NCBI GenBank assembly: GCA_029762535.1
Contig: JARVGK010000004.1
Location: forward strand, 17,633-81,632
Reading direction: 5' to 3'
Length of the DNA stretch: 64,000 bases
Source of the DNA: Thermoplasmatota archaeon
GTDB taxonomy: Archaea; Thermoplasmatota; Penumbrarchaeia; Penumbrarchaeales; Penumbrarchaeaceae
The position numbers were made by a program, and so were the translations under genes. The notes beneath the pieces are model-generated. The model saw only the letters and a list, made by a program, of their open reading frames with translations. It made no database searches and was not told the DNA's origin. Of the stretch, positions 47,737 through 58,060 are shown piece after piece (within the stretch, counting starts at the first letter, position 1; each line of letters opens with the position of its first letter).

Positions 47737-48327
47737 TCACCATGGCTCCTTCTTGACCCCTATCCAGTATCCTATCCTGTTGGCGATAACATGGGCGAGA
47801 TATGCAACAACGGGGAATATGAGAAGGGAAATCCAGTGATGATCGGCTATCAGTGTCCTGTACCACCATGGATAGAAGGGCAGTATGAAGAGCGCCGCGC
47901 CCAAAAGATAGTCCCACTGGTCGAGAAAGGGTGTTCTCATTCCCCTTGGCCTGTCAAGCGCCCTCTTGACGAAGCTGCCGATCATATCCCCCACGAGGCT
48001 TCCGAAGGCCATCACGGTTATGAGAACGATATTGTGCGGGAAGCTACCCCAGAAGCTGTCGTGAACTGACCCGATCCCGGCAAAATGCATTACCAGCAGT
48101 ATCGTCATGCCCAGGGCAGCGGAGCCGAGGGAACCCCCTATGAGCCCCCGCCACGTCTTCCCGTCTCCCAAATATCTCCTCCCGTCTGGACGGGTCCGTC
48201 CCATATCCACCGGAAGCCCTCCTCCCGCAAAGGGCGCGAACGTGTTCGCCGTCATCGCTGGCAGCAGGATGACGATGGTCCTCAAGAGATCGAGCAGCAC
48301 CCATCCCAAGCTCAGCTCCGTGCCCAT
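47737..48327 (-). CDS. carS: CDP-archaeol synthase
   Basis: GGGLPVDMG...DGRRYLGDGKTWRG, GD..GSFVKR, DQWD and H...N..GY..GVKKEPW motifs. ATG at 48327. Confidence 0.93.
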   Translation of the reverse strand: MGTELSLGWVLLDLLRTIVILLPAMTANTFAPFAGGGLPVDMGRTRPDGRRYLGDGKTWRGLIGGSLGSAALGMTILLVMHFAGIGSVHDSFWGSFPHNIVLITVMAFGSLVGDMIGSFVKRALDRPRGMRTPFLDQWDYLLGAALFILPFYPWWYRTLIADHHWISLLIFPVVAYLAHVIANRIGYWIGVKKEPW

Positions 48328-48397
48328 GCCACTGACATCGACGGTTCGACATATAACCGTTATCGTAAGCTGGATTGGGAAACGTTTATTATGACAG

Positions 48398-48910
48398 ATG
48401 GTTTTTGGCCCGACCATGGGAAACGGAGCGTATGCCCCTCAGCGGCCGGATATTGGACCCCCGCGCGTGGTCACGCCTTTCCCGGTGATAATTACGGTCC
48501 TCTACCTGGCACTTACCGCCGCGTTCATGGCCCTCCCGGCGCTCGTTCCATCCATCGGGGGCGCGATCGATCCGATCGTGAATCCAGTCGTCAGGCTGAT
48601 AGCCATGGTGATCCTGGGGGTGATATTCCTGCTAGTGATCATCTCCTCGATCGCCTCGAGGCCGAAGGCGCCTGCAACGACGGTCCCCGCTGAACAAAGA
48701 CCGTCCCCAAAGCCCGTCCAGGCCATCGCGAGACCCGAACCGCAGGCACCAACACAGGCGAAGCGGTCACCGCAACCAGCGGCACCGCGCACCTATGTAT
48801 ACCCGGACATGGTCGAGGGGGGCATATACGGCGACACTTACATCAAGCTCGAGGGTCAAAGGACATTGAAGCTCAGGACCCAGGTCGTCGGCCCGGAGCA
48901 TGTCTCGTGA
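48398..48910 (+). CDS. Hypothetical membrane protein (two TMs, Pro-rich linker, small C-terminal domain)
   Basis: Two hydrophobic segments and a C-terminal YPDMVEGGIYGDTYI; divergent from carS. Confidence 0.6.
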   Translation: MVFGPTMGNGAYAPQRPDIGPPRVVTPFPVIITVLYLALTAAFMALPALVPSIGGAIDPIVNPVVRLIAMVILGVIFLLVIISSIASRPKAPATTVPAEQRPSPKPVQAIARPEPQAPTQAKRSPQPAAPRTYVYPDMVEGGIYGDTYIKLEGQRTLKLRTQVVGPEHVS

Positions 48911-48945
48911 TATACGCCCTTTGATATGATCGGAGGAGGAAAGCA

Positions 48946-51456
48946 ATGAAAAACATCGTGAAAGGTCTCCCGCTCTTCGTTATGATCGTCATGTCCATTG
49001 CATCAATGGCCAGGATATCGACCATCTCTGGATCCGCCGATGATGCCGCTCAGTTCACGTTCGACGATGACATGGACAGGATCGACGACAGGTTCAACGA
49101 TATGACCTTCCCTCGGATCGCATTCATCCACATCGCATCCGGAGAGGACACCTCGCGGATCCGAAAGGCTCTGGAGGGAGTCGGTATCTTGGTGGAGAAG
49201 GAGTTCTCCATCGTCGATGTGTTCCTCGTCGAGGCCCCGAGCCTTGCATCGCTTGAACGGGCGGCCCTCATCGACGGGGTAAAGGTGATAGAGACCCCGA
49301 CCCCACCCGTTCCCATGATGGACGTGTCCGTCAAGGCCGTGAAGGCCTCATCCTCTGGCAGATACTCTCCCAACACGGCACAGGACCTAGGTTACTCGGG
49401 AAATGGAGTAACAATAGCCTTCCTCGACACGGGTGTGGACAACGAGCATCCCACATTCAGTGGCGCATTCGTCGCCGGAGCGGACTTCACGGTTCCAGAT
49501 TCTCCCCTGACCCCCAGGGACGGGTCCAGGGACCCGGACGACGTTTCAGGGCATGGTACCGCGGTCGCATCGGTTGCCCTGGGCAGAGGTGATCAGGACG
49601 GCTCGTTCGCCGGCGTGGCCCCTTCCGCCGGCCTGATCGACCTCAGGATAATCGCTTCTGACTCCAACCCGGTCTCCAGGGCCTCGGCGAACATGCTCGA
49701 GGCACTGGAATGGTGCGTCGAGCACAAAGAGACCGAGTGGGGGCCGAACTACAGGGGCGTTGACGTCATCTCGATAAGCATGGGAATAGGGCCGATCGAC
49801 GGCGCTTTGGCCCTGGCGGTGGACAGTGTCGTCTCCGGGGGGATCCCGGTCGTGCTGGCCTCAGGGAACAGCGGGGGGAGCTACCCGGACCAGACCCAGA
49901 CCTCATGGCCGGACGGGGCCATAGTCGTCTCCGCAACGGATGACAGGAACACCGTGGACCGCACCGACGATACGTTCTGGGAGGGGTCGACCAGGGGCCC
50001 GAGGACGGATGACGACGATCCCGATATGTACGATGAGCTCAAACCCGACATATCGGCTCCGGGGGTCAGGATAACATGCGCCATGTTCTCCCGTTTCTCG
50101 AACATTCAGGGTGCATCCACATGGTCCGAAGGGACGGGAACGTCCTTCTCGGCGCCGCACGTGAGCGGTACCGTGGCGCTTATGCTCGAGTCCTCAAGGC
50201 TCATCAGGCCATCCGCAGATAGGAACCCCGTGAGGACCCTACTGCGACGGAGCGCGGAGGATAAGGGTGAGCCCTATGATCTCGAGCTATCGGACACATA
50301 TAATGTTAATTACGGCTGGGGCATGCTCGATTCCTACGAGGCCCTGAGGGCATCCAGGTCCTATACGGGGGCCAACTCTCCACCTGAGATCATCTCCATG
50401 GTCGCAGAGCCTGAGACCGTGAACGTCCTGGGAACCGTAACGGTCACCATACGGGCCCGAGATCCGGACGAGGACCGTCTGAACTATACTCTCACCTCCG
50501 ATGCGGGAGAGATATCGGGGAACGGGCCCACCTTCACATGGAAGGCGCCTTCCACGTCAGGCAACCACACGTTGAGAGGGGCAGTGACCGATACGTTCGG
50601 CGCCTCCGCCATTTCGCAGGTCGTCGTACGTGTCATGGAGGGGACGGCCAACACCCCACCTTTGATCTCCTCGTTCAGGGGGAATCCGACAATGGTCCCC
50701 CCGAACGGGACCAGCATGCTCACGACGGTGGCGAGGGATCCCGACGGCGACGAACTGACCTATTCATACTCCGCGGAACTGGGTACTATTGAAGGGGAAG
50801 GAATGGTCGTCACATACATTGCCCCGGATGAGATAGGGGACGACAGGGTCACCGTTGTCGTAAAAGACGGCCGGGGCGGTGAGGCATCGAGGACATTGAC
50901 CATATCGATCAGGGATGATATTTCGAACATCGCCCCCATAATCGGTCTGATCGAGATATATCCATCCACGCTGTCGGCGAATTCACAGGGTCTCGAACTG
51001 GTGGTCAGGGCCAAGGTGGAGGACCCCGACGGGGTTCAGGACATATACGAGGTCACATTGAACCTGTCACAGCTCGGGATCGATGGTAAGATCTACATGG
51101 CCGATGACGGGAACGATCCAGACATGTATGCCCTTGATGGAATATATTCCGCCAAGGCATCCGGGATCGGACCACTGCAGCCAGGCAACTATACTGTTGT
51201 TGTGAGCGTGACGGACAGAAAGGGTGCCATGACCATGTCCAACGCGTACGTTCGCGTCCGCTCCGATCCTGGGAGCATCAGGCTTGGAAGCTCTGATGGG
51301 ATCGACCCAGTGGTCATGTTGGTCTCGCTGGGGGTTCTGGTCCTGATCTCCGTGATGGTCATCGTCATATTCCTCAAGAGGCCAGCAAGGCCATCTACCG
51401 CCCCTGTTCAACCCCAGGAGGCGAGGTTCAGACCTGTCGGACCCTCTCAGGGATGA
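48946..51456 (+). CDS. Membrane-anchored S8 subtilase with Ig-like repeats
   Basis: Signal peptide; FLDTG, HGTAVAS, SGN and GTSFSAP motifs; repeated NxPP..ARDPD.D.L.Y; DDG..D...DGIY; C-terminal TM. Confidence 0.92.
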   Translation: MKNIVKGLPLFVMIVMSIASMARISTISGSADDAAQFTFDDDMDRIDDRFNDMTFPRIAFIHIASGEDTSRIRKALEGVGILVEKEFSIVDVFLVEAPSLASLERAALIDGVKVIETPTPPVPMMDVSVKAVKASSSGRYSPNTAQDLGYSGNGVTIAFLDTGVDNEHPTFSGAFVAGADFTVPDSPLTPRDGSRDPDDVSGHGTAVASVALGRGDQDGSFAGVAPSAGLIDLRIIASDSNPVSRASANMLEALEWCVEHKETEWGPNYRGVDVISISMGIGPIDGALALAVDSVVSGGIPVVLASGNSGGSYPDQTQTSWPDGAIVVSATDDRNTVDRTDDTFWEGSTRGPRTDDDDPDMYDELKPDISAPGVRITCAMFSRFSNIQGASTWSEGTGTSFSAPHVSGTVALMLESSRLIRPSADRNPVRTLLRRSAEDKGEPYDLELSDTYNVNYGWGMLDSYEALRASRSYTGANSPPEIISMVAEPETVNVLGTVTVTIRARDPDEDRLNYTLTSDAGEISGNGPTFTWKAPSTSGNHTLRGAVTDTFGASAISQVVVRVMEGTANTPPLISSFRGNPTMVPPNGTSMLTTVARDPDGDELTYSYSAELGTIEGEGMVVTYIAPDEIGDDRVTVVVKDGRGGEASRTLTISIRDDISNIAPIIGLIEIYPSTLSANSQGLELVVRAKVEDPDGVQDIYEVTLNLSQLGIDGKIYMADDGNDPDMYALDGIYSAKASGIGPLQPGNYTVVVSVTDRKGAMTMSNAYVRVRSDPGSIRLGSSDGIDPVVMLVSLGVLVLISVMVIVIFLKRPARPSTAPVQPQEARFRPVGPSQG

Positions 51457-52226
51457 GTTTCATCTTCGACGGAAGCCTTCCTCTCCGCGGCCCTTGAAAG
51501 GGTCCCCATCAACGAGTAGAACTCCCTGACGTTCGGGGAGCTGCGACATATCATCCTGCGGAAATTGATCATGGATATCGGAACCTTGTGCGGTTGGACC
51601 CCGCAGAGATGCAGCAGTTCCTCGTACTTCCGCATCAGAACCCTCTTCTCGGTCTCGTTCATGGTCCTTGCACAGACCCTGTAATCGGGCATTCTCCCCT
51701 TCCACAGCTCGTATAGCAGGATGGCTGCCGCATGGGAGACGTTGAGTATGGGGTATTCGGGGCTCGCCGGTATGGTGACCAGCATATCGCATTCCCGCAG
51801 CTCTTCGATGCTGAGACCTGTGTCCTCCCTGCCAAGGACGATCCCGATGCTTCCCGTTACACCTCTGCTCCACCTTGACAGCTCTTCCGGTGTCATGGGC
51901 CTTCGAGGATGGTTCTTAACGCCGGACTCGCTTATTCCCGAGGTCCCGACAAGGAAATCAACGCTTTCCGACGCCTCTTTGAGCGTCGGAACGACGGCGG
52001 CATCTTTCAGCAGCCCCGATCCGTGCATGGAGTATGCCACCGCCTCATCCCCAAGAGGGGGTGGGTCCACAAGTATGATCCCCGAGAGGCCGTAGTTCCT
52101 TGCGAGCCTCGCGACGGATCCGACATTGCCCTCGTACTTGAAACGCACAAGGATCGGTACTATCTCCCAGTTTTCTCCGGAGCGTATCCTCTCGATCTCT
52201 TTGATCGTATCTTGTGTGCATTCCAT
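51447..52226 (-). CDS. TrmJ/TrmH-family SPOUT RNA 2'-O-methyltransferase
   Basis: NVGSVAR, GREDTGL, and IPASPEYPILNVSHAAAILLYE motifs. Start uncertain (track 52301). Confidence 0.88.
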   Translation of the reverse strand: MECTQDTIKEIERIRSGENWEIVPILVRFKYEGNVGSVARLARNYGLSGIILVDPPPLGDEAVAYSMHGSGLLKDAAVVPTLKEASESVDFLVGTSGISESGVKNHPRRPMTPEELSRWSRGVTGSIGIVLGREDTGLSIEELRECDMLVTIPASPEYPILNVSHAAAILLYELWKGRMPDYRVCARTMNETEKRVLMRKYEELLHLCGVQPHKVPISMINFRRMICRSSPNVREFYSLMGTLSRAAERKASVEDETHP

Positions 52227-52284
52227 GATGGGGGGATGAACATCATGGAAAAAAATGTAACGCATGCGGACATATCCCTCTTTC

Positions 52285-53166
52285 ATGAGGACCGCCGTCA
52301 AGGTGGCCTACGACGGCCACGGTTTCCATGGCTCCCAAAGGCAGAGGCCGGAGGACGGGCCCACCGTACAGGGCAGCGTTATCGAGGCGCTCGTCAGTAT
52401 AGGCGCCATCGAGGCAGGTATCGATCCGCCCGTGGCCTTCTCCAGCAGGACCGATGCCGGGGTTTCCGCTCTGGGAAACGTGTTCTCCGTGGACACGGAG
52501 ATGGATCCCCAGGACATGCTCTGCGCCCTCAATGCCAACCTGGAGGGTATATGGTGCTTGGCCCATGCGAGAATGAGGGACTCTCAGAACGTGAGATGGG
52601 CGAATTCGAGATGGTACAGGTACCATCTGGACGCTGACATGTCGAAGAGCGTAAGGGCCGGGGACCTCAATGGGATATTGATGGAATACGTTGGCGAACA
52701 TGACTTTCGGCATTTCTGCCGACCCGGGGACGGAAGGGACACAAGCACCCGTATAGAATCCGCTCGCGCGGTGGACCTCTCCGGGGATGGGAGCCTGCTC
52801 GCCGTTGACTTCGTAGGGACTAGCTTCCTGTGGAACCAGGTCAGAAGGATGGTGGGCGCCGCCATATCGGTTCAGAAGGGCATCATCGGCAGAGAGCAGA
52901 TGTCGAGCCTGCTCCATGGAGGCGATATCGACGAGGGCCTAAGGAGCGCTAGGGACCGGATCCCCACATATCCCGCGACAGGTTTGGTACTGATGGACGT
53001 ATCGTTCAAAGACCTGGAGTTCTTCCCATGCCGAAGGGCCATAGAGATAGCTATGCAGAGGTCCGCCGAGGGATTGTGGAGGTCCACGGTCGCGGTCATA
53101 CTCGGAAGCGCCCTTCTTTCCATCAGGGACTCGATGGCCTCCATGGATCCCCCCCCGAACGAATGA
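52285..53166 (+). CDS. truA: tRNA pseudouridine(38-40) synthase
   Basis: AYDG..FHGSQRQ, SRTDAGVSA, GEHDF and FLWNQVRRMVG motifs. Confidence 0.93.
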   Translation: MRTAVKVAYDGHGFHGSQRQRPEDGPTVQGSVIEALVSIGAIEAGIDPPVAFSSRTDAGVSALGNVFSVDTEMDPQDMLCALNANLEGIWCLAHARMRDSQNVRWANSRWYRYHLDADMSKSVRAGDLNGILMEYVGEHDFRHFCRPGDGRDTSTRIESARAVDLSGDGSLLAVDFVGTSFLWNQVRRMVGAAISVQKGIIGREQMSSLLHGGDIDEGLRSARDRIPTYPATGLVLMDVSFKDLEFFPCRRAIEIAMQRSAEGLWRSTVAVILGSALLSIRDSMASMDPPPNE

Positions 53167-53216
53167 GCGTTCCCTTCTCCGAAACGATTATATGTTCGTC
53201 CAACCGATAATCTACC

Positions 53217-56200
53217 ATGAGGTGCCTGGCTTTTATTCTTGTCATGATCACGATGTTTCCGGGCATCTTCGATGCGGATGCGGTAAATGCCGCTGCGCTT
53301 GAGGTTACCCGGTCCCCGGAGTCGATAGAGGGGAACCTGACGATAGGTACGGGGGATATTCTGGTATTCAGGAACAGATCGGTCGTTGTAGAAGGCCACA
53401 TGATCGTCCATGGGACCCTCGTTCTGATCAACAGCACCCTGACGGTCGAGGGAACATACTCGGCGAACGATGACAATAATATGTCCATATTACTGACCGG
53501 AAGTGTGATACTGAGCGACAGAGACCCTGATGCGAACGCCACGTTGGGAAGTTCGCTTATAAAGGGTGTTGGATCAGCCCTAACCATCAGAGGTTACGGG
53601 AACTCCCCTCACATGCTAATTCAGAACTCTAACCTGGAGCTCGTATCGATGTTCGACATGGAACTGGAAGCTAACGGCGCGGAGCTCCGGTGGTGTGGAT
53701 CGAACAAAATGATACTCAACATCACCGACAGCACTTTGTATGACAGTGAGGTCCACGAACCGGACCTCTGGTCGGAGTTCAGCAATACCACGATGATAGG
53801 CACAAGGTTCTTCTTCGACGGTCAGGGCCCCAGGTTCTCGGGGGTGACCTTCAGGGACGCTCAAAGGCCGTTGAACATAGCCTCCGGTGATCTCTCACTC
53901 ACGGATTGCGTCTTCATCAACAATACGGGTACAATCGCTTTCTTCGATGGATGCGACATATCCGTTACGGAATGCAGGATCGAGGACAACCGGGGGTTCT
54001 TTATCTGCCAGGACTCCGAGGATGCCAATTCCTCTAGGATCGTCATGAGAGGATGCACAGTGACCAATTCCTCATTGAACCTGTATCATTCCACCAGCAG
54101 CGTATCCTTCTGCGCGTTCTCCGATAATTCCTCTCTCATACGTACGGGTTTGGGAAGGGTTTCCGACTGCTCCTTCCTCGGTTCCAGCAGGGCCATCGAC
54201 CAAGCGAAGGGGACAACTATCGTCAGATGCCGTTTCAACGATTGCCAGGTCGCCATAGACCGCAGCTCTGAAAGCCTGATATATCACAACGCCTTCCTTT
54301 CGGTCGGTTTACATTTTATGATCAACCATCCATCGAACAGGTGGAACGGGTCCTCTGAGGGGAACTACCACCGGTTCTACAACGGCCTCGATGACGGATC
54401 GGGGTTCAGAAGGGCCGATGACGGTATAGGGGACACGAACATACCCTTTCTGGGCGTTGACCATTATCCTCTCATGTCAGACCACTACTGGTCGATGCCA
54501 GCTATCCCATCGATCGAAACGGAATATATCAACGGCTCCGCCAACGTGACGGTGATCGTCAGGGGATCGCAGAGCATGCGGACCATAATACAGGACAGCA
54601 CATCGAGCGATTTCATAAACGACCTGAGGACATTCTCGATATCGGGGACGTTCCTTATCGTCCCTGAATGCGTGAACGGCACGCACTACTTCCGAGCCAG
54701 AACGTTCAACGAGCACGGCAGCAGGGGTTGGTCACTGCCCGTATATCGAGCGGTGGACCAGAGGCCCCTGCCGCCCCGCCTGGAGGAGGTCACCGCACCC
54801 AAGGAGGGGGGCAGCCTTATTGTTTCATGGAAGTATGTCGGGGAGGATGTGAGCAAGGTATGGATATACTACAACGAGGTGAACCAATCCTCCGGCGTCT
54901 CAAAGGTCGTCGATTTCCCCGTCGACAGCGTGAGGATCGATGGTCTGAAGAACGGAAGGACATACAGGATCCAGCTCTTCACACAGGACAGGAGCGGACT
55001 CGGTTCGTTGACGGCCGCGGTCGCCTTCGCCATGCCGATGGACGTCGATCCTCCAGACCCGCCGAGGAAGTTGGAGGCCAGGTCCATCGACAATTCCACG
55101 ATCGTACTTTCATGGATCCCGCCCATGGCCCAGGACATATCGGAATACCGCATAGTAAGAAGAAGGAGCGATGAGGAGGAGTTCAGTCTTATCGCCACCG
55201 TAACGAGGGAAAGGCTATCCTACGATGACAGGGGGCTCAGGGACAACACTAGCTATCAATATGGGGTGATAGCCGTCGATGATGACGGTCCGCTGTCGGA
55301 GATGGCAGGCCCGATCGACGTCAGGACCCTTCATGTGAACAACCCCCCTTTCCTGATCGGTGGAGAGATCTTCCTGAAGGGGGTGGAGGACGAGGGACCG
55401 ATCGAGATAGATATACGATCAAGGTTCAGGGACGTGGACGGGGACAGTATAAACATACGTATCGCCGAGAGCTTCCCGTTCCCGTCGATGATAGATGGGA
55501 TATTTCTGCGGGTGTCACCGGAAAAGGACCAGGCGGGGGAGGGCTATGTCCAACTGAGTGTGGATGACGGCGAGAGCGTCGTGTATTACCTCATTTGGGT
55601 GCTGATAGAGCACAGGCCGGACCCGCCCAAGATAGAGTCCATCGTGTCCCCCGCCAATGGCTCGACCCATCTCCCCGGAACACCGATCAAGCTCCAGGCA
55701 ACGATATGGGATCCCGACATCCCCTACGGCGATGTACTGGAGGTTGAATGGCGCTCTAACCTGGACGGCCTTATCTCTTACAACAATGCGAGCCTCGGGC
55801 AGGGCCTGGCATATCTGAGCCCCGGAAAACATGTCATAACCCTGATCGTGACGGATTCCAATGGCTCGAGCGTTTCAGAAACGTCACGGATCGCCGTCTC
55901 CATTTGGGGTTTCGGTGAAATTCCCTGGAGCACGGCCCTCAACGATCAGGGTACCTTTACCACCGAGAATGGATTCCAGGTCCTGATAGACATCGCCAAC
56001 AACGGGCCCCTTCTTCTCACTTTCAGGTGCACCGTCCTTGTCTCCGAGCCCGATCGGAACTCCGCTTACGACAGGGTGATCGTGCTCTCCCCGAACACGA
56101 ACGGTTCCATATTGATAATCGAGGTCGGCTCGGATAGAGTCCCGAGCTCCCCTTCTGTCATGGTCCAGGTCCGGGCCGAGACCTTCAACGGTACCTTTGC

Positions 56201-56390
56201 TGGCGAGTCCAACATTACGAAGGATATCGTTCGACATCAGGATCCGACGGGGGCCATGGACCCTCAGCGGACCTATCTAATGATAGGCATAGCCACGGTC
56301 AGTGTGATGATCTTGATCTTCATCGTCGTTCTCTTCTTCATCAGGAAAAAATATATGGCGGTTCCGGAATCGGCGCCCGATGTCAGGTGA
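53217..56390 (+). CDS. Surface protein: beta-helix (NosD-like), FN3 repeats, Ig/PKD-like domain and C-terminal TM
   Basis: Signal peptide; IYHNAF...WN....GNY...DDGIGDT...DHYPL NosD-like tail; FN3 (GLKNGRTY, LSWIPP, GLRDNTSYQY); WRSNLDG...LSPGKHVITL; TM followed by RKK. Confidence 0.85.
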   Translation: MRCLAFILVMITMFPGIFDADAVNAAALEVTRSPESIEGNLTIGTGDILVFRNRSVVVEGHMIVHGTLVLINSTLTVEGTYSANDDNNMSILLTGSVILSDRDPDANATLGSSLIKGVGSALTIRGYGNSPHMLIQNSNLELVSMFDMELEANGAELRWCGSNKMILNITDSTLYDSEVHEPDLWSEFSNTTMIGTRFFFDGQGPRFSGVTFRDAQRPLNIASGDLSLTDCVFINNTGTIAFFDGCDISVTECRIEDNRGFFICQDSEDANSSRIVMRGCTVTNSSLNLYHSTSSVSFCAFSDNSSLIRTGLGRVSDCSFLGSSRAIDQAKGTTIVRCRFNDCQVAIDRSSESLIYHNAFLSVGLHFMINHPSNRWNGSSEGNYHRFYNGLDDGSGFRRADDGIGDTNIPFLGVDHYPLMSDHYWSMPAIPSIETEYINGSANVTVIVRGSQSMRTIIQDSTSSDFINDLRTFSISGTFLIVPECVNGTHYFRARTFNEHGSRGWSLPVYRAVDQRPLPPRLEEVTAPKEGGSLIVSWKYVGEDVSKVWIYYNEVNQSSGVSKVVDFPVDSVRIDGLKNGRTYRIQLFTQDRSGLGSLTAAVAFAMPMDVDPPDPPRKLEARSIDNSTIVLSWIPPMAQDISEYRIVRRRSDEEEFSLIATVTRERLSYDDRGLRDNTSYQYGVIAVDDDGPLSEMAGPIDVRTLHVNNPPFLIGGEIFLKGVEDEGPIEIDIRSRFRDVDGDSINIRIAESFPFPSMIDGIFLRVSPEKDQAGEGYVQLSVDDGESVVYYLIWVLIEHRPDPPKIESIVSPANGSTHLPGTPIKLQATIWDPDIPYGDVLEVEWRSNLDGLISYNNASLGQGLAYLSPGKHVITLIVTDSNGSSVSETSRIAVSIWGFGEIPWSTALNDQGTFTTENGFQVLIDIANNGPLLLTFRCTVLVSEPDRNSAYDRVIVLSPNTNGSILIIEVGSDRVPSSPSVMVQVRAETFNGTFAGESNITKDIVRHQDPTGAMDPQRTYLMIGIATVSVMILIFIVVLFFIRKKYMAVPESAPDVR

Positions 56391-57507
56391 ACCCATGGAA
56401 ATATCGAGCGATGCGCTTCCGAGAAGAAAGGACAGGGTCAGCCTTTCCGATGGGGCAGGTGGTGAGCTCATGCAGAGGATGCTTTCGGAGAACGTGCTCC
56501 CCCTGTTATCGCAGGGGGACGAGGAGTGCGCCCTGACCGAGCTGGACCCATCGTTCCTTGACGATTCCGCATCCGTGGGGGATACGGCGCTTACCATAGA
56601 CGGGTACACCGTATGGCCTTTGGAGTTCCCCGGCGGGGATATCGGCAGGCTGGCCGTGTGCGGGACCGTCAACGATCTCAGCGTGGTAGGAGCCAGGCCT
56701 GAGGCCCTGGCCCTGTCGTATGTAATAGAGGAGGGAATGGACATCGAGCTGCTCCGCAGGATAAGCGCTTCCGTGGGATCGGCATCGAAGGAGGCGGGTG
56801 TCAGGGTCGTTACAGGGGACACGAAGGTCGTCGAGAGAGGTGGTGTTAGAGGGATGATCATCACGACATCCGGTATCGGGAGGCGCAGTCCGAACCTCGA
56901 TCCATGCCTTGAGAGGTCCAGGACATTGAGGGAGGGATCGGGAATGGAATGGAAGGTCTCCCGGTGGCTGAGGGACGACCTTCTGGCACGTGGCGACTCG
57001 CTGATCGTCACGGGCAATATCGGCACACATGGGGTCGCCCTGCTCTCATTCCGCGAGGGATACGGTTTCCATACCGATCTATCCTCTGACGCAGCACCAC
57101 TGAACTCCCTCATGGAGAGGGCGATGGTGGCAGGAGGGATCGTTGCGGCCAAGGACCTGACCAGGGGCGGCCTCGCGAACGGTTTGAACGAGTGGGCCAT
57201 GAAATCGGGCTGTCAGCTGGAGGTGGATGAGGCATCCATACCCATCCTCGAGGCGGTAAGGTCGGCCACAGATATGCTCGGCCTGGACCCGCTCGAGATC
57301 GGGAACGAGGGAGTTGCCCTGATCGCCGCGGCCCCTGGAGCGGAGGAGGACGTCCTCGAGGCGATCTCCAAGGATATGTACGGTGCCGAAGCCAGGATGA
57401 TCGGGAAGGCCGTGGATGGCCCCCATAGGGCCGTTCTGAGAACTGTTGTCGGGGGGAAGAGGATCATCGACCCACCACACGGGGATCCAGTGCCGAGGAT
57501 ATGCTGA
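56380..57507 (+). CDS. hypE: Hydrogenase maturation protein HypE (carbamoyl dehydratase)
   Basis: GAGG..M, FPGGDIGRLAVCGTVNDL, TGDTKVV, DLTRGG, NEG and C-terminal PRIC motifs. Confidence 0.93.
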   Translation: MSGEPMEISSDALPRRKDRVSLSDGAGGELMQRMLSENVLPLLSQGDEECALTELDPSFLDDSASVGDTALTIDGYTVWPLEFPGGDIGRLAVCGTVNDLSVVGARPEALALSYVIEEGMDIELLRRISASVGSASKEAGVRVVTGDTKVVERGGVRGMIITTSGIGRRSPNLDPCLERSRTLREGSGMEWKVSRWLRDDLLARGDSLIVTGNIGTHGVALLSFREGYGFHTDLSSDAAPLNSLMERAMVAGGIVAAKDLTRGGLANGLNEWAMKSGCQLEVDEASIPILEAVRSATDMLGLDPLEIGNEGVALIAAAPGAEEDVLEAISKDMYGAEARMIGKAVDGPHRAVLRTVVGGKRIIDPPHGDPVPRIC

Positions 57508-57554
57508 ACATATGCTGGAAGGCATCGCTATCCGCCATCGGACATACTTCCAAA

Positions 57555-57574
57555 GGAACAAAGATATTTATATC
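57555..57574 (+). promoter_or_regulatory. Putative BRE/TATA promoter of the rps12 operon
   Basis: Purine-rich stretch then TTTATAT at 57567-57573, about 45 nt before the rps12 ATG. Confidence 0.55.
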
Positions 57575-57618
57575 CGTTTCAAGTAACCCCCCTGAACCAC
57601 CCGCAAGGAAGTGCCTGC

Positions 57619-58047
57619 ATGGCTAAAGGACTCTTTACCGCAAGGAAGCTGAAGAAGACCGCTCAGGGTCAGAGATGGAGCGACAGATATTACAAGAGGA
57701 GGATACTCAAGCTCCGCGAGCGGGCCGACCCGCTGGAGGGGTCCGCACAGGGCAAGGGCATAGTCCTCGAGAAGGTAGGTCTTGAGGCGAAGCAGCCGAA
57801 TTCGGCCATCAGGAAATGCGTTAAGATCCAGCTCATAAAGAACGGCAGGCAGATAACGGCATTCGCTCCGGGCAACGGTGCGATCAACTTCATCGATGAG
57901 CACGACGAGGTGCTGGTCGAGGGCATAGGCGGAAGGAAGGGAAGGTCCTACGGCGACATCCCTGGTGTCAGGTACAAGGTCATACAGGTGAACAACGTGT
58001 CCCTCAACGAGATGGTCAGGGGAAGAAAGGAGAAACCGGTGAGGTAA
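57619..58047 (+). CDS. rps12: 30S ribosomal protein uS12
   Basis: [12 protein letters not shown] and [10 protein letters not shown] motifs. Confidence 0.98.
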   Translation: MAKGLFTARKLKKTAQGQRWSDRYYKRRILKLRERADPLEGSAQGKGIVLEKVGLEAKQPNSAIRKCVKIQLIKNGRQITAFAPGNGAINFIDEHDEVLVEGIGGRKGRSYGDIPGVRYKVIQVNNVSLNEMVRGRKEKPVR

Positions 58048-58060
58048 GGAGGCGGTTCAG

